From an uncultured Clostridia bacterium (GTDB lineage: Bacteria; Bacillota; Clostridia; TANB77; CAG-508): DNA of 64,000 bases. The position numbers were made by a program, and so were the translations under genes. The stretch is taken from NCBI GenBank assembly GCA_904384205.1, contig CAJFJY010000001.1, positions 19,690 to 83,689 of the forward strand. Direction: 5' to 3'. Under the pieces are notes generated by a model, which made no database searches, was not told the origin of the DNA, and saw only the letters and a list, made by a program, of their open reading frames with translations. This document shows positions 19,214 through 29,676 of this stretch, piece after piece (the stretch's first letter is position 1; every line of letters starts with the position of its first letter).

Positions 19214-22200
19214 ATGTATTTAAAAAGATTAGAATTACAAGGATTTAAGTCATTTGCAGATAAAACAGTACTAGAATTCAGAAAAGGAATAACAGGAATA
19301 ATAGGACCAAATGGATCAGGAAAAAGCAATATTTCAGACAGTATAAGATGGGTTTTAGGAGAGCAAAGTATGAAAGCATTAAGAGGTGCTAAATCATTGG
19401 ATATAATATTTGCAGGAACCCAAAACAGGAAATCATTAGGATTTGCAGAAGCATCATTAGTATTTGATAATTCAGACAATAGCTTACCAATAGAATATCA
19501 AGAAGTAACTATAACAAGAAAAATATATAGAACAGGAGAAACAGGATATTATATAAATAAAACACCATGCAGATTAAAAGATGTATTAGAATTATTCATG
19601 GACACAGGGATAGGAAAAGATGGATATTCAATAATAGGACAAGGAAAAATAGACGAAATATTAAGCAATAAATCTGAAGATAGAAGACATATTTTTGAAG
19701 AAGCAGCAGGAATTGTTAAATATAAAATAAGAAAACAAGAATCAGAGAAAAAATTAGAACAAACAAAATTAAACCTGTTAAGAATAAATGACATATTAAC
19801 AGAAATCGAAGCAAATTTAGAGCCATTAAAAATACAATCAGAAAAAGCAAAAAAATATTTAAATCTAAGAGAAGAATTAAAAAACATAGAAGTAGGACTA
19901 TTCATATACAACATAGATAAATATAAAGAAACTTTAAATGAATTAATTAAAGATGAAGAAATAATGCAAAATCAATGTAATGAAGAAGAAGAAAAACTTG
20001 AAAAAGTAAAAAGCCTAAAAGAAGAATTAAAAGAAACAATAGATAATATCACATTACAAATAGAAGAAATGTCAAATAGTGGATTTGAAAGCCAAAAAGA
20101 AATTGAAATGCTAAATTCAGATATAAATGTAGCAAAAACAAAGATAACAAATAACACAGAAAATAAAGAAAGATATGGAAAAGAAATAGAAGAAAAAAAT
20201 CAAAGAATACAAGAATTAGAAGAAGAATTAAAACAAAAAGAAGAAAAGAAATTCAACTTAAAAGAAAATAAAGAAAAATTTGAAAAAGAACTAAAAACAA
20301 AAGAAGATGAACTAGCAAAAATAACAGAAAAACTAACATCAAAAGAGCTAGAAATAGAAGGATATAAAAAGCAAGTAGAAGAAAATAGTGACCAAAAATA
20401 TGAATTAGGAACAGAAATAAATACACAAAAAACAAATTTGCAAAACTATGATAAAAGAATAAATCAAATAAAACAAGAAATAACTTCAAACATTTCTGAA
20501 TTAGATAGAACCAGAATGGAAAAAGAAGAATTATCAAAAAACTTTTATGAAATAGAAAACTCAAGAAATAAAACATTAAAAAATATAGAAGAAATATCAA
20601 ACGAAAAAAATGAAGCAGATAAAAAGATAAAAACATATGAAGATAAAATCAGAAATATAGAAGATTCTATAAGAATGAAACAATCAAGAAGAAATTTCTT
20701 AGTTGAAACAGAAAAGGAAAAAGAAGGCTATATAAAAAGTGTTAAATCATTATTAAAAGATTGTGAAAACATAAAAGAACTAGGAAAAGGAATGCATGGA
20801 GTTCTTGCAAATATAATTGAAGCACCAGAAGAATTAGAAACAGCAATAGAAATGTGTTTAGGAGCAAGTTTGCAAAACATAGTAACAGACACAGAAGAAG
20901 AAGCTAAAAACTTAATTGAACATTTAAGAAAAAATAACTTAGGTAGAGCATCATTTTTACCTATCACATCAGTAAAAGGTAAAAAACTAGAAAAAGCAAA
21001 ATTAAATGAAAACGGAGTAATTGGAATTGCTTCAGATTTAGTAAAATATGATAAAAAATATGAACAAATAATTTTGAATTTACTAGGAAGAACTGTAATT
21101 ACAGATACAATAGAAACAGCAATTAAAGTAGCAAAACAAAACAATTACACATTTAGAATAGTAACAAAAACAGGAGATATAATAAATCCATCAGGAGCCA
21201 TGACAGGAGGATCAGTTAGCAAAAAAACTGTAAATATATTAGGTAGAAGTAAAGAAATTGAAAAATTAGGAAAAGAAATTACTAATGAAGAAAAGAAAAA
21301 AGAAGAACTTATAAAAGAAAAAGAAAATTATGAAAATTCAATAAAAAATGTTATTGAACAATCCAAAGAGCTAAACTCTAAATTACAAGAAATTGAAATA
21401 GAATACGCAACAGAAAAACAAAAAATATTATCAATAGAATCAAGTATAGAGAAAATAGAAAAAAGGATAAAAACATTAAAAGAAGAAAAAGAAACAATAG
21501 AAAATCAAATAAAAGAAGCAAATAACATAATTGAAAATGATAATAAACAAATAGAAGAATTAACAATTAAAATAGAAGAACTATCAAAATATATACAAGA
21601 ATATGCAGAAAACAATAAAGAAAACCAAAAATACATAGATGACTTAAATTTTGATATAACAAACCTAAAAATTTCAGTATCATCTTTTGATGAAAGCGAA
21701 AATTCTATTTTAGAAATACAAGAAAGAATAAATCAAGAAATAGAAAACAACAAAAATAGTATAAAAGATAAAACAGAACAAATTGAAAAAATAAAACAAG
21801 ACAATTTCAATTTAGAAGAAAATATAAAAGAAATACTAGAAAAAATAGAAAATATAAAAGAAACTGTAAAAAATAGTGGAACTAAAATAGAAGAATTAAA
21901 ACAAGAAAGAACCCAAAAAAGTGAAATATTGTCAAAACAAGAAGAGCAAATAACAGAGAAATTTAATGTAATAGAAGATTTAAAAGCACAGCTAGTAAAA
22001 CTAGATGTCAAAAAAACAAAAATACAAGAAGATATAAATTCTATTATAAATAAGATGTGGGAAGAATATGAACTTACACCAAATGCAGTAGAAAATTATG
22101 AAAAACCAAATAATATTTCAGCAACACAAAAAGAAGTAAATAGACTAAGAAATGAAATAAAAGAAATAGGAAGTGTAAACATAGATTCTATTGAAGAATA

Positions 22201-22762
22201 TAAAAACTTAAAAGATAGATATGATTTCATGAGTGAGCAAAGATTAGATCTAGAAACAACAATGAACAAACTAAGAAAAATTATATCTGAAATGACACAA
22301 ATAATGAAAGAACAATTTAAAGAAAAATTCAAAGTAATAAATAAAAACTTTGACGAAGTATTTAAAGAATTATTTGGTGGAGGAAAAGCAGAATTAAAAT
22401 TAGAAGATGAAGAAAAAATACTAGAATGTGATATAGAAATAACAGCACAACCACCAGGAAAGAAACTGCAAAGTATGACACTATTGTCAGGAGGAGAAAA
22501 AGCATTAACAGCAATAGCATTATTATTTGCAATCTTAAAAATAAATCCAGCACCATTCTGCGTCTTAGACGAAATCGAAGCAGCATTAGATGATGTAAAT
22601 GTATACAGATATGCAGAATATCTAAAAAAATTTGCTAAAGATACACAATTCTTAGTAATAACACATAGAAAAGGAACGATGGAAGTAGCAGATACAGTAT
22701 ATGGAGTAACAATGGAAGAAAACGGAATTTCTAAATTGTTATCTATGAAATTGAAACAATAG
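19214..22762 (+). CDS. smc: Chromosome partition protein SMC
   Basis: N-terminal Walker A GPNGSGKSN, long coiled coils, hinge, and C-terminal signature LSGGEKALTAIALLFAI plus Walker B CVLDEIEAALD. 1182 aa. Confidence 0.95.
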   Translation: MYLKRLELQGFKSFADKTVLEFRKGITGIIGPNGSGKSNISDSIRWVLGEQSMKALRGAKSLDIIFAGTQNRKSLGFAEASLVFDNSDNSLPIEYQEVTITRKIYRTGETGYYINKTPCRLKDVLELFMDTGIGKDGYSIIGQGKIDEILSNKSEDRRHIFEEAAGIVKYKIRKQESEKKLEQTKLNLLRINDILTEIEANLEPLKIQSEKAKKYLNLREELKNIEVGLFIYNIDKYKETLNELIKDEEIMQNQCNEEEEKLEKVKSLKEELKETIDNITLQIEEMSNSGFESQKEIEMLNSDINVAKTKITNNTENKERYGKEIEEKNQRIQELEEELKQKEEKKFNLKENKEKFEKELKTKEDELAKITEKLTSKELEIEGYKKQVEENSDQKYELGTEINTQKTNLQNYDKRINQIKQEITSNISELDRTRMEKEELSKNFYEIENSRNKTLKNIEEISNEKNEADKKIKTYEDKIRNIEDSIRMKQSRRNFLVETEKEKEGYIKSVKSLLKDCENIKELGKGMHGVLANIIEAPEELETAIEMCLGASLQNIVTDTEEEAKNLIEHLRKNNLGRASFLPITSVKGKKLEKAKLNENGVIGIASDLVKYDKKYEQIILNLLGRTVITDTIETAIKVAKQNNYTFRIVTKTGDIINPSGAMTGGSVSKKTVNILGRSKEIEKLGKEITNEEKKKEELIKEKENYENSIKNVIEQSKELNSKLQEIEIEYATEKQKILSIESSIEKIEKRIKTLKEEKETIENQIKEANNIIENDNKQIEELTIKIEELSKYIQEYAENNKENQKYIDDLNFDITNLKISVSSFDESENSILEIQERINQEIENNKNSIKDKTEQIEKIKQDNFNLEENIKEILEKIENIKETVKNSGTKIEELKQERTQKSEILSKQEEQITEKFNVIEDLKAQLVKLDVKKTKIQEDINSIINKMWEEYELTPNAVENYEKPNNISATQKEVNRLRNEIKEIGSVNIDSIEEYKNLKDRYDFMSEQRLDLETTMNKLRKIISEMTQIMKEQFKEKFKVINKNFDEVFKELFGGGKAELKLEDEEKILECDIEITAQPPGKKLQSMTLLSGGEKALTAIALLFAILKINPAPFCVLDEIEAALDDVNVYRYAEYLKKFAKDTQFLVITHRKGTMEVADTVYGVTMEENGISKLLSMKLKQ

Positions 22763-22947
22763 GGACGTAGCAAATTGTCCAAAAATTGTTCAAAAGGGAC
22801 AGACATATTTATAATTTGTTAAGTTGAAATTTTAAAAGCAATTATTCAAAAAGTCGAATTTTATATTTTCTAAAAAATTTTAAAGGACAAAACCAATTTT
22901 TGGTCTGTCCCTTTTGAACAATTTTTGGACAATTTGATACGTCCCTA
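22759..22947. repeat. Family B composite palindrome: arms ATAGGGACGTAGCAAATTGTCCAAAAATTGTTCAAAAGGGACAGAC (22759..22804) and its reverse complement (22902..22947) around a ~95-bp AT-rich centre
   Basis: Arms are near-perfect inverted copies. The left arm provides the smc TAG stop and the right arm provides the TAG stop (CTA on the plus strand) of the minus-strand ytaF-like gene. Confidence 0.85.
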
Positions 22948-23613
22948 AAAGAACAATTTTGCAAAACCAATAATGACAAGTAAGATTCCAGATATAATAC
23001 TCCAAATATTTTCAGGAATCTTACTAAAATTACAAAGTTTTTTACCTAAAAAATTTCCAAAATTCAAAAAAAATAATTGGAATAAACTAATAAATAAAGG
23101 AAAATAGAAAGTAAAATTTTCAATCATTCCAAAACTCATACCAATACCAAAGCTATCTAAGGAAAGAGCCAACCCTAAAAAGACAGCTTCTTTAGCATCT
23201 ATTGTATTAGATTTATCAAAATCAGAAGAAGTAGGATTTTTCAAAATTTGTACAGTAATGCCTAAACATTTTATAAAAAAAGAATAAATTTTTTGTTGTT
23301 CTTTTAACTTTTTATCAATTGACTTACTTATTTTCTTATCAGAAACATTTTTATTCTTTATAGATTGAAAAAATATAAAAATTCCCATTAATATCAGAAT
23401 AAAGCTTCCAATATATTCAATAATATTAGTAGAAAAAATATCTTTTAAAGTACCACCTATTAAAATTGAAATGACAGAAACTATAAAAGCAATGGCAAAC
23501 AATATAATTTTAGCAATAAAAGAAATTGTTGTATTTCTAATTCCATATGTAATCCCTATACCTAAGGAATCAATACTACTAGAGATAGTTAAAATTAAAG
23601 CATATAAAAACAT
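22945..23613 (-). CDS. ytaF: YtaF/MntP-family (DUF204) membrane protein, sporulation-type
   Basis: Two internal repeats with SxDSxGIG motifs (SIDSLGIGITYG; SLDSFGIGMSFG). About 6 TM helices. Confidence 0.65.
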   Translation of the reverse strand: MFLYALILTISSSIDSLGIGITYGIRNTTISFIAKIILFAIAFIVSVISILIGGTLKDIFSTNIIEYIGSFILILMGIFIFFQSIKNKNVSDKKISKSIDKKLKEQQKIYSFFIKCLGITVQILKNPTSSDFDKSNTIDAKEAVFLGLALSLDSFGIGMSFGMIENFTFYFPLFISLFQLFFLNFGNFLGKKLCNFSKIPENIWSIISGILLVIIGFAKLFF

Positions 23614-23895
23614 AAAAACACCTCTTTATACATAATATGAAATAAAAAGCATAAAGTGTCAGCAAGTTATCAGAATTGTCGAAAAATGACGAACGATTTT
23701 TCTTGCAAAATAAGGAAAAATGTGATATATATACATTTAAAGATATGCGCATATTCTTTAATCAAATTTAATTTTATTTCTAGAAAAGAACTATAAATAA
23801 AATATAATTTTAAATATTTTAATTTATAGATTATTATAAAATTTTATCTAAAAATTTCCAAAAGTAAAAAATAAATATGAAAGGATGTATTAATT

Positions 23896-24879
23896 ATGGA
23901 AGAAGAAAATGTAAAATTACTTTCTCCCAAGATAGATGTTGTTTTTCAAGCATTATTTGGAGAAGTAGGAAATGAAACAATAACGAAAGATTTTATAGAA
24001 GCTATAATAGAAAGAAAGATAGAAGAAGTGGATTTAAGTAAAAATATAGTATTAAGAAGAAAAAATTTAGAAGACAAAATGGGAGTTTTAGATGTCATTG
24101 CAAAAATAGATGACAAAGAATATGTAAATATAGAAATGCAAGTGGCAGATAAAGACAATCTCATAGAAAGAATACTATATTATTGGGCAAGACTATATAC
24201 AAGAAACATAAAAAGAGGAGAAGATTACATAAATTTGAATAAAACAATAGAAGTATTAATAGTGGATTTTGAGATAAATTCACTAAAAGATGTGGGATAT
24301 CATAGCAAATGGAAGATAACAGAAGAAAATGCTAGAAATTTAATATTGACAGATGATTTAGAAATACATATAATAGAAATACCAAAACTTAAAAAAGAAA
24401 AAGACAATAGAAAAAACGATGAGTTATTAAAATGGATATATTTTTTAGAAAATCCAGAAAGTAAGAAGGTAGAAGAATATATGAAAGAAAATAAAGGTAT
24501 AAAAGAAGCAAAAGAAAAATTAGAAACTATGAGTGAAGATGAAAGAATGCAAATATTAGCAGACCTAAGATTAAAGGCAATAATGGATGAAAAAGCAATA
24601 AAAAGATTAGGATATAAAGAAGGATTAGAATCTGGAAAAAAAGATGGAATGAAACAAGGGTTAGAAGAAGGAAGAAAACAAGGTCTGAAGCAAGGGATAG
24701 AACAAGGAATAGAACAAGGAATAGAACAAGGAATAGAACAAGGAATAGAACAAGGGATAGAACAAGGAATAGAAAAAAGAAACAAGGAGATAGCCAAAAG
24801 CATGAAAGAACAAAATATAGATATTGAACTAATAATGAAGATAACAGGTTTGAAAAAAGAAGAAATAGAAAAATTATAA
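23896..24879 (+). CDS. Rpn-family recombination-promoting nuclease / putative transposase (YhgA-like, PD-(D/E)XK)
   Basis: N-terminal nuclease-core features (VLDVIAKIDDKEYVNIEMQV; IHIIEIPKL). C-terminal low-complexity tail with 7 copies of GIEQ, typical of Rpn proteins. Confidence 0.8.
   Translation: MEEENVKLLSPKIDVVFQALFGEVGNETITKDFIEAIIERKIEEVDLSKNIVLRRKNLEDKMGVLDVIAKIDDKEYVNIEMQVADKDNLIERILYYWARLYTRNIKRGEDYINLNKTIEVLIVDFEINSLKDVGYHSKWKITEENARNLILTDDLEIHIIEIPKLKKEKDNRKNDELLKWIYFLENPESKKVEEYMKENKGIKEAKEKLETMSEDERMQILADLRLKAIMDEKAIKRLGYKEGLESGKKDGMKQGLEEGRKQGLKQGIEQGIEQGIEQGIEQGIEQGIEQGIEKRNKEIAKSMKEQNIDIELIMKITGLKKEEIEKL
24685..24776 (+). repeat. In-frame 12-bp tandem repeat (GGAATAGAACAA x7) encoding (GIEQ)n inside the Rpn gene
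   Basis: Direct reading. Confidence 0.9.
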
Positions 24880-24994
24880 AGTGTAAATAAAAGGTTAATT
24901 TGCATTTAAAGCAGATTAACCTTTTAAAATTTAAGTAATAAATTAAGACAAGCCACATATATTTTAATAAACTTGTACAAAGGAGAGTGTAAAT

Positions 24995-27616
24995 ATGTGG
25001 CAAACATTAAAAAAAGAAGAAATTTTAAGAAAATTAAACACAAATGAGAAAACAGGACTAGAAGAATCAGAAGTATTAAAAAGGCGAGAGCAAAAAGGAA
25101 AAAACAAACTAGAAGACAAAAAGAAAGAAAGCATATTAGTAAAATTTATAAAGCAATTTAATGACTTTATGATAATAATCCTAATTATAGCATCAATAAT
25201 ATCTGCGATAGTTGCGAAATTACAAGGAGAAAATGACTACATTGATTCTATTATAATTATTGGAATAGTAATATTAAACGCAATAATGGGAGTAGTGCAA
25301 GAAGCCAAAGCCGAAAAATCAATAGAAAGTTTAAAACAAATGACACCACAAAAAGCAAAAGTAATAAGAGAAGGAAAAACAAAAGAGATAAATGCAGAAG
25401 AAATAGTAGAAGGAGATATAATAATATTAGAAGCTGGAAACTATGTGCCAGCAGACTGCAGATTATTAGAAAGCTATAATCTAAAAATAGAGGAATCAAG
25501 TTTGACAGGCGAAAATATACCGGCAGAAAAAGACGCAAAAGGAATATATAAAGAGAATATACCATTAGGAGATATGAAAAATATGGCCTTTATGGCAAGC
25601 ATAGTAGTTAATGGACACGCAAAAGCAGTTGTAACAAACATAGGAATGGAAACACAGGTAGGCAAAATAGCAAATATGATTATAGAAAATGAATCACCAG
25701 AAACACCTATCCAAAGAAAATTAGGGCAAGTAGGAAAAATACTAGGAATAGCATGTTTAATCATATGTATAATAATCTTTATAATAGGAATCATCAAAAA
25801 AATAGAACCAGTAGAAATGTTTATGACATCAGTAGGATTAGCAGTAGCAGCAATACCAGAAGGGCTACCTGCAATAGTAACAATAGTATTATCAATTGGA
25901 ATAACCAAAATGGCAAAAAAGAATAGTATTATAAGAAAATTACCAGCAGTAGAAACATTAGGAAGCAGTAATGTAATTTGTTCAGACAAAACAGGAACTT
26001 TAACACAAAATAAAATGAAAGTAGTAGAAATATATTCAAAAGATATAAACAAAACAATAGAATATGGAAGTTTATGTACAGATTGTGAAATAATAGAAAA
26101 AAATGAGATAACAGGAGATCCAACAGAAAAAGCAATAGTAGAAAAAGCAATAGAACTTGGAAAAGATAAAAATCTATTACAAAAAGAATTTCCGAGAATA
26201 AATGAAATATCATTTGATTCTAATAGAAAAATGATGACAACAATACATAAAATAGGAAACAAATATAGAATAATAACAAAAGGAGCACCAGATGTCCTAC
26301 TAAAAAGATGTATAAGAACAGAAGAAAAAAATTTAGATTTGATAGCTAGAAAAGAAATATTAAATCAAAATACAATAATGGCAAATAAAGCACTAAGAGT
26401 AATAGCAGTAGCATATAAAGATGTGAACACATTACCAATTAAAATAGATAGTGAAAATATTGAAAAAGAATTAATATTCCTAGGATTAATAGGAATGATA
26501 GATCCTCCAAGAGAAAGAGTAAAAGAAGCGATAAAAACGTGTAAAGAAGCAGGAATCAAAACAGTTATGATAACAGGAGACCATTTAGATACAGCAAAAG
26601 CAATTGCCAAAGATTTAGGAATATTAAAATCAGATAATGAAGCCATAAGAGGTCAAGACTTAGATAAACTAACAGATGAGGAATTAAGAAAGAAAATCAA
26701 AAACTATTCAGTATTTGCCAGAGTAACGCCAGAACACAAAGTAAGAATAGTCAAAGCATGGCAACGAACAGGGGCAGTAGTTGCAATGACAGGAGATGGA
26801 GTAAATGATAGCCCAGCATTAAAAAACGCAGATATAGGAATAGCAATGGGAAAAAACGGGACAGATGTAGCGAAAAATGCCGCAGATATGATTTTAACAG
26901 ATGATAACTTTGTAACAATAGTAGAAGCAGTTAAACAAGGAAGAAATATATATGACAATATCAGAAAAGCAATACATTTTTTAATTGCAACAAACATAGG
27001 GGAAATAGTAACAATCTTTATGGGATTAGTTTTAGGACTAAAATCACCACTGCTTGCAATACAATTACTATGGATAAATCTAGTAACAGATTCATTCCCA
27101 GCAATAGCACTTGGATTAGAGTCAGCAGAAAAAGACATTATGAACCGACAACCAATAGATAAAAGAAAAGGAATATTTGCTGACGGGTTATGGAATAAAA
27201 TAATAGTAGAAGGAATAATGATAGGAATGTTAACACTAATAGCATTTAGTATAGGAAATAAATATTATGGGCTAGAAGTAGCAAGAACAATGGCATTTTT
27301 AACAATGGGATTTCTAGAATTAATACATAGTATTAATATTAAAAGCGAAAAATCCATTTTTGAAGTTGGAATTTTTGAAAATAAATATTTAATAGGAAGT
27401 ATAATATTAGGAATTTTGATACAAATAATAGTAGTCTTAATACCAGCAATTGCAAACATTTTTGAAGTAACTATGCTAAATAAAACACAATGGCTAATTA
27501 CAATAGTGATATCAATATTACCAATTCCAATAATGGAACTACAGAAAAAATTAAATAAATCACACACAAAAGAAAACGAAATAAAAGTCGTAAGAATTAA
27601 TAAAGAAAATATTTAA
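24995..27616 (+). CDS. Calcium-translocating P-type ATPase (P2A/P2B type)
   Basis: DKTGTLT phosphorylation site, TGDHLDTA, TGDGVNDSPALK and 10 predicted TM helices. 873 aa. Confidence 0.9.
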   Translation: MWQTLKKEEILRKLNTNEKTGLEESEVLKRREQKGKNKLEDKKKESILVKFIKQFNDFMIIILIIASIISAIVAKLQGENDYIDSIIIIGIVILNAIMGVVQEAKAEKSIESLKQMTPQKAKVIREGKTKEINAEEIVEGDIIILEAGNYVPADCRLLESYNLKIEESSLTGENIPAEKDAKGIYKENIPLGDMKNMAFMASIVVNGHAKAVVTNIGMETQVGKIANMIIENESPETPIQRKLGQVGKILGIACLIICIIIFIIGIIKKIEPVEMFMTSVGLAVAAIPEGLPAIVTIVLSIGITKMAKKNSIIRKLPAVETLGSSNVICSDKTGTLTQNKMKVVEIYSKDINKTIEYGSLCTDCEIIEKNEITGDPTEKAIVEKAIELGKDKNLLQKEFPRINEISFDSNRKMMTTIHKIGNKYRIITKGAPDVLLKRCIRTEEKNLDLIARKEILNQNTIMANKALRVIAVAYKDVNTLPIKIDSENIEKELIFLGLIGMIDPPRERVKEAIKTCKEAGIKTVMITGDHLDTAKAIAKDLGILKSDNEAIRGQDLDKLTDEELRKKIKNYSVFARVTPEHKVRIVKAWQRTGAVVAMTGDGVNDSPALKNADIGIAMGKNGTDVAKNAADMILTDDNFVTIVEAVKQGRNIYDNIRKAIHFLIATNIGEIVTIFMGLVLGLKSPLLAIQLLWINLVTDSFPAIALGLESAEKDIMNRQPIDKRKGIFADGLWNKIIVEGIMIGMLTLIAFSIGNKYYGLEVARTMAFLTMGFLELIHSINIKSEKSIFEVGIFENKYLIGSIILGILIQIIVVLIPAIANIFEVTMLNKTQWLITIVISILPIPIMELQKKLNKSHTKENEIKVVRINKENI

Positions 27617-27631
27617 AGATAAGAATATATC

Positions 27632-27901
27632 AAAATCCGTTCTTTTAAATTGAATATAATATCTATACATAAATATACTTTAATATAATGATTTTTCAAA
27701 GTTTTCGTTCAAGCTAATTTTCGTAGAAAATCTAAATGAATTTTACGGCACCCTTCCAAGGTAAACTTGAACTCTTTCCGTAAAATTCATTAAGTTTTTC
27801 TAAACTCAAATTACTTTCAATTCAAACTTTTCAAAATTATTATATTAAAGTATATATCAAATGAGATAAATGATTATATTCAATTTAAAAGAACGGATTT
27901 T
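27632..27901. repeat. Element H: 270-bp nested palindrome with perfect 29-bp terminal inverted repeats (AAAATCCGTTCTTTTAAATTGAATATAAT) and inner inverted pairs, between the convergent ATPase and mtgA genes
   Basis: Direct reading. A partial copy lies at 33676..33725. Confidence 0.8.
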
Positions 27902-27906
27902 GGTAC

Positions 27907-28593
27907 TTAAATAACCTCTAAAGCCTGTTCATTTGAAATATAACCATATTGAACCATAGCATTAATCACTTGCGTTTGTCGTTGTTTAGCCAAAGTAGGA
28001 TTAATATTTGGAGCATAAACAGAAGGAGCATTAGGAACACCAGCAACCATAGAAGCCTCATTTAAATCCAAATCTTTAGGCTCTTTATTATAATACCCCA
28101 TACTAGCAGCATAAATTCCAATATATCCATTGCCAAAATTAGCAGTATTAACATAGAGTTCAAAAATCTCATTTTTAGAATAATTCTTCTCTAAATCAAA
28201 AGCAGCAATAACTTCAGCAAGTTTTCTAGACAAAGTCTTTTCTTGAGATAAAATAACATTTTTTGCAACTTGTTGAGTTATAGTGCTACCACCCTCAACT
28301 AAATCCCCAGCCTTTATATTATTAAAAATAGCTCTTGCAATAGACCTAAACTCAATAGGACCATGCTCATAATATCTGTGATCTTCAATAGCAATAACAG
28401 CATTTCTATAATAATCTGACATATCATTAAACTTAACAAAATGCTCCATATTAGTCACTTCTTCTACCCTTTCAACAAGAGGTTTTTCATCTAATGCCTT
28501 AGAATATGTTGTATAACCAATAAGAAAGAAAATAGAAAAAAGAATTATAACTAATACTAACAAAATTATTAATATTTTCCAAAATAATTTCAT
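27907..28593 (-). CDS. mtgA: Monofunctional biosynthetic peptidoglycan transglycosylase (GT51)
   Basis: N-terminal TM anchor and GT51 motifs EDHRYYEHGPIEFRSIARA and GGSTITQQVAKN. Confidence 0.8.
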   Translation of the reverse strand: MKLFWKILIILLVLVIILFSIFFLIGYTTYSKALDEKPLVERVEEVTNMEHFVKFNDMSDYYRNAVIAIEDHRYYEHGPIEFRSIARAIFNNIKAGDLVEGGSTITQQVAKNVILSQEKTLSRKLAEVIAAFDLEKNYSKNEIFELYVNTANFGNGYIGIYAASMGYYNKEPKDLDLNEASMVAGVPNAPSVYAPNINPTLAKQRQTQVINAMVQYGYISNEQALEVI

Positions 28594-28770
28594 AATAAAT
28601 CCTTTCTTTTTAAAAATTATATAATAAAAATAAAAGAAATGAAAGTAATTAATAGAATTTTAATAATTAAAATCTGAATATTGCAAAAGCAAAAATAATA
28701 TGATAGAATATCAAACAGTAAAATATAAATATATTTTACTTACATATTAAACCTTAAGAAGGTGAAAAAA

Positions 28771-29607
28771 ATGATAAAATTTACAAAAATGCAAGGGCTA
28801 GGGAATGATTATGTCTATATTGATGCCATAAATCAAAAAATAGAAGACGAATCAGCTCTAGCTAAATTTGTCAGTGATAGACACTTTGGCGTAGGATCAG
28901 ATGGACTAATCCTAATATGTAAAAGTAAAGTAGCTGACTTTAAGATGAGAATGTTTAATTCAGATGGAAGCGAAGCAGAAATGTGTGGAAACGGAATTAG
29001 ATGTGTTGCAAAATTTGTATATGATAAAAACCTTACAAATAAAACAACACTAACAGTTGAAACACTTGCAGGAATTAAACAACTAAAACTAAATACAAAA
29101 GACGGAAAAGTAGAAACAGTAAGAGTAAATATGGGAGAACCAATACTAGAACCTGAGAAAATACCAGTAAACTCAAAAGAAAAGCCCGTCAGACACTTAA
29201 AATTACAAGCAGAAGACAAAGAATTTGAATTCACATGTGTATCTATGGGAAATCCACACGCAATAACATTTGTTAAAGACACGAAAAATTTTGACGTTGA
29301 AAAATATGGAAAAGTATTAGAAATAAATCCAATATTTCCTAAAAAGACAAATGTAGAATTCATACAAATAGTAGACAAAGAACACATAAAAATGAGAGTT
29401 TGGGAAAGAGGAGCAGGAGAAACATTAGCATGTGGAACAGGAGCAAGTGCAAGTGGTGTAGCATGTGTTTTAAATAACCTAACAAATAGAAAAGTATTAG
29501 TAGAACTGTTAGGAGGAAACTTAGAAATAGAATGGAATGAAAAAGATAATCATGTATATATGACAGGGCCAGCAGTTACAGTATTTGAAGGAGAATTACC
29601 AGACTAA
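28771..29607 (+). CDS. dapF: Diaminopimelate epimerase
   Basis: [15 protein letters not shown], catalytic Cys motifs EMCGNGIRC and ACGTGASAS. Confidence 0.9.
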   Translation: MIKFTKMQGLGNDYVYIDAINQKIEDESALAKFVSDRHFGVGSDGLILICKSKVADFKMRMFNSDGSEAEMCGNGIRCVAKFVYDKNLTNKTTLTVETLAGIKQLKLNTKDGKVETVRVNMGEPILEPEKIPVNSKEKPVRHLKLQAEDKEFEFTCVSMGNPHAITFVKDTKNFDVEKYGKVLEINPIFPKKTNVEFIQIVDKEHIKMRVWERGAGETLACGTGASASGVACVLNNLTNRKVLVELLGGNLEIEWNEKDNHVYMTGPAVTVFEGELPD

Positions 29608-29676
29608 CTAGAATTTACATGATTAACCTCAAAATATAAATTTGACAAGAAAATAACAATAAATAGGAGTGATAAT

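Noticed and set aside
23896-24879. Classical IS element with terminal inverted repeats around the Rpn gene
   Set aside because: No inverted repeats or target duplications immediately flank the ORF. Rpn genes are typically not bounded by IS-like ends. The association seen is with separate palindromic elements, reported above as a hypothesis.
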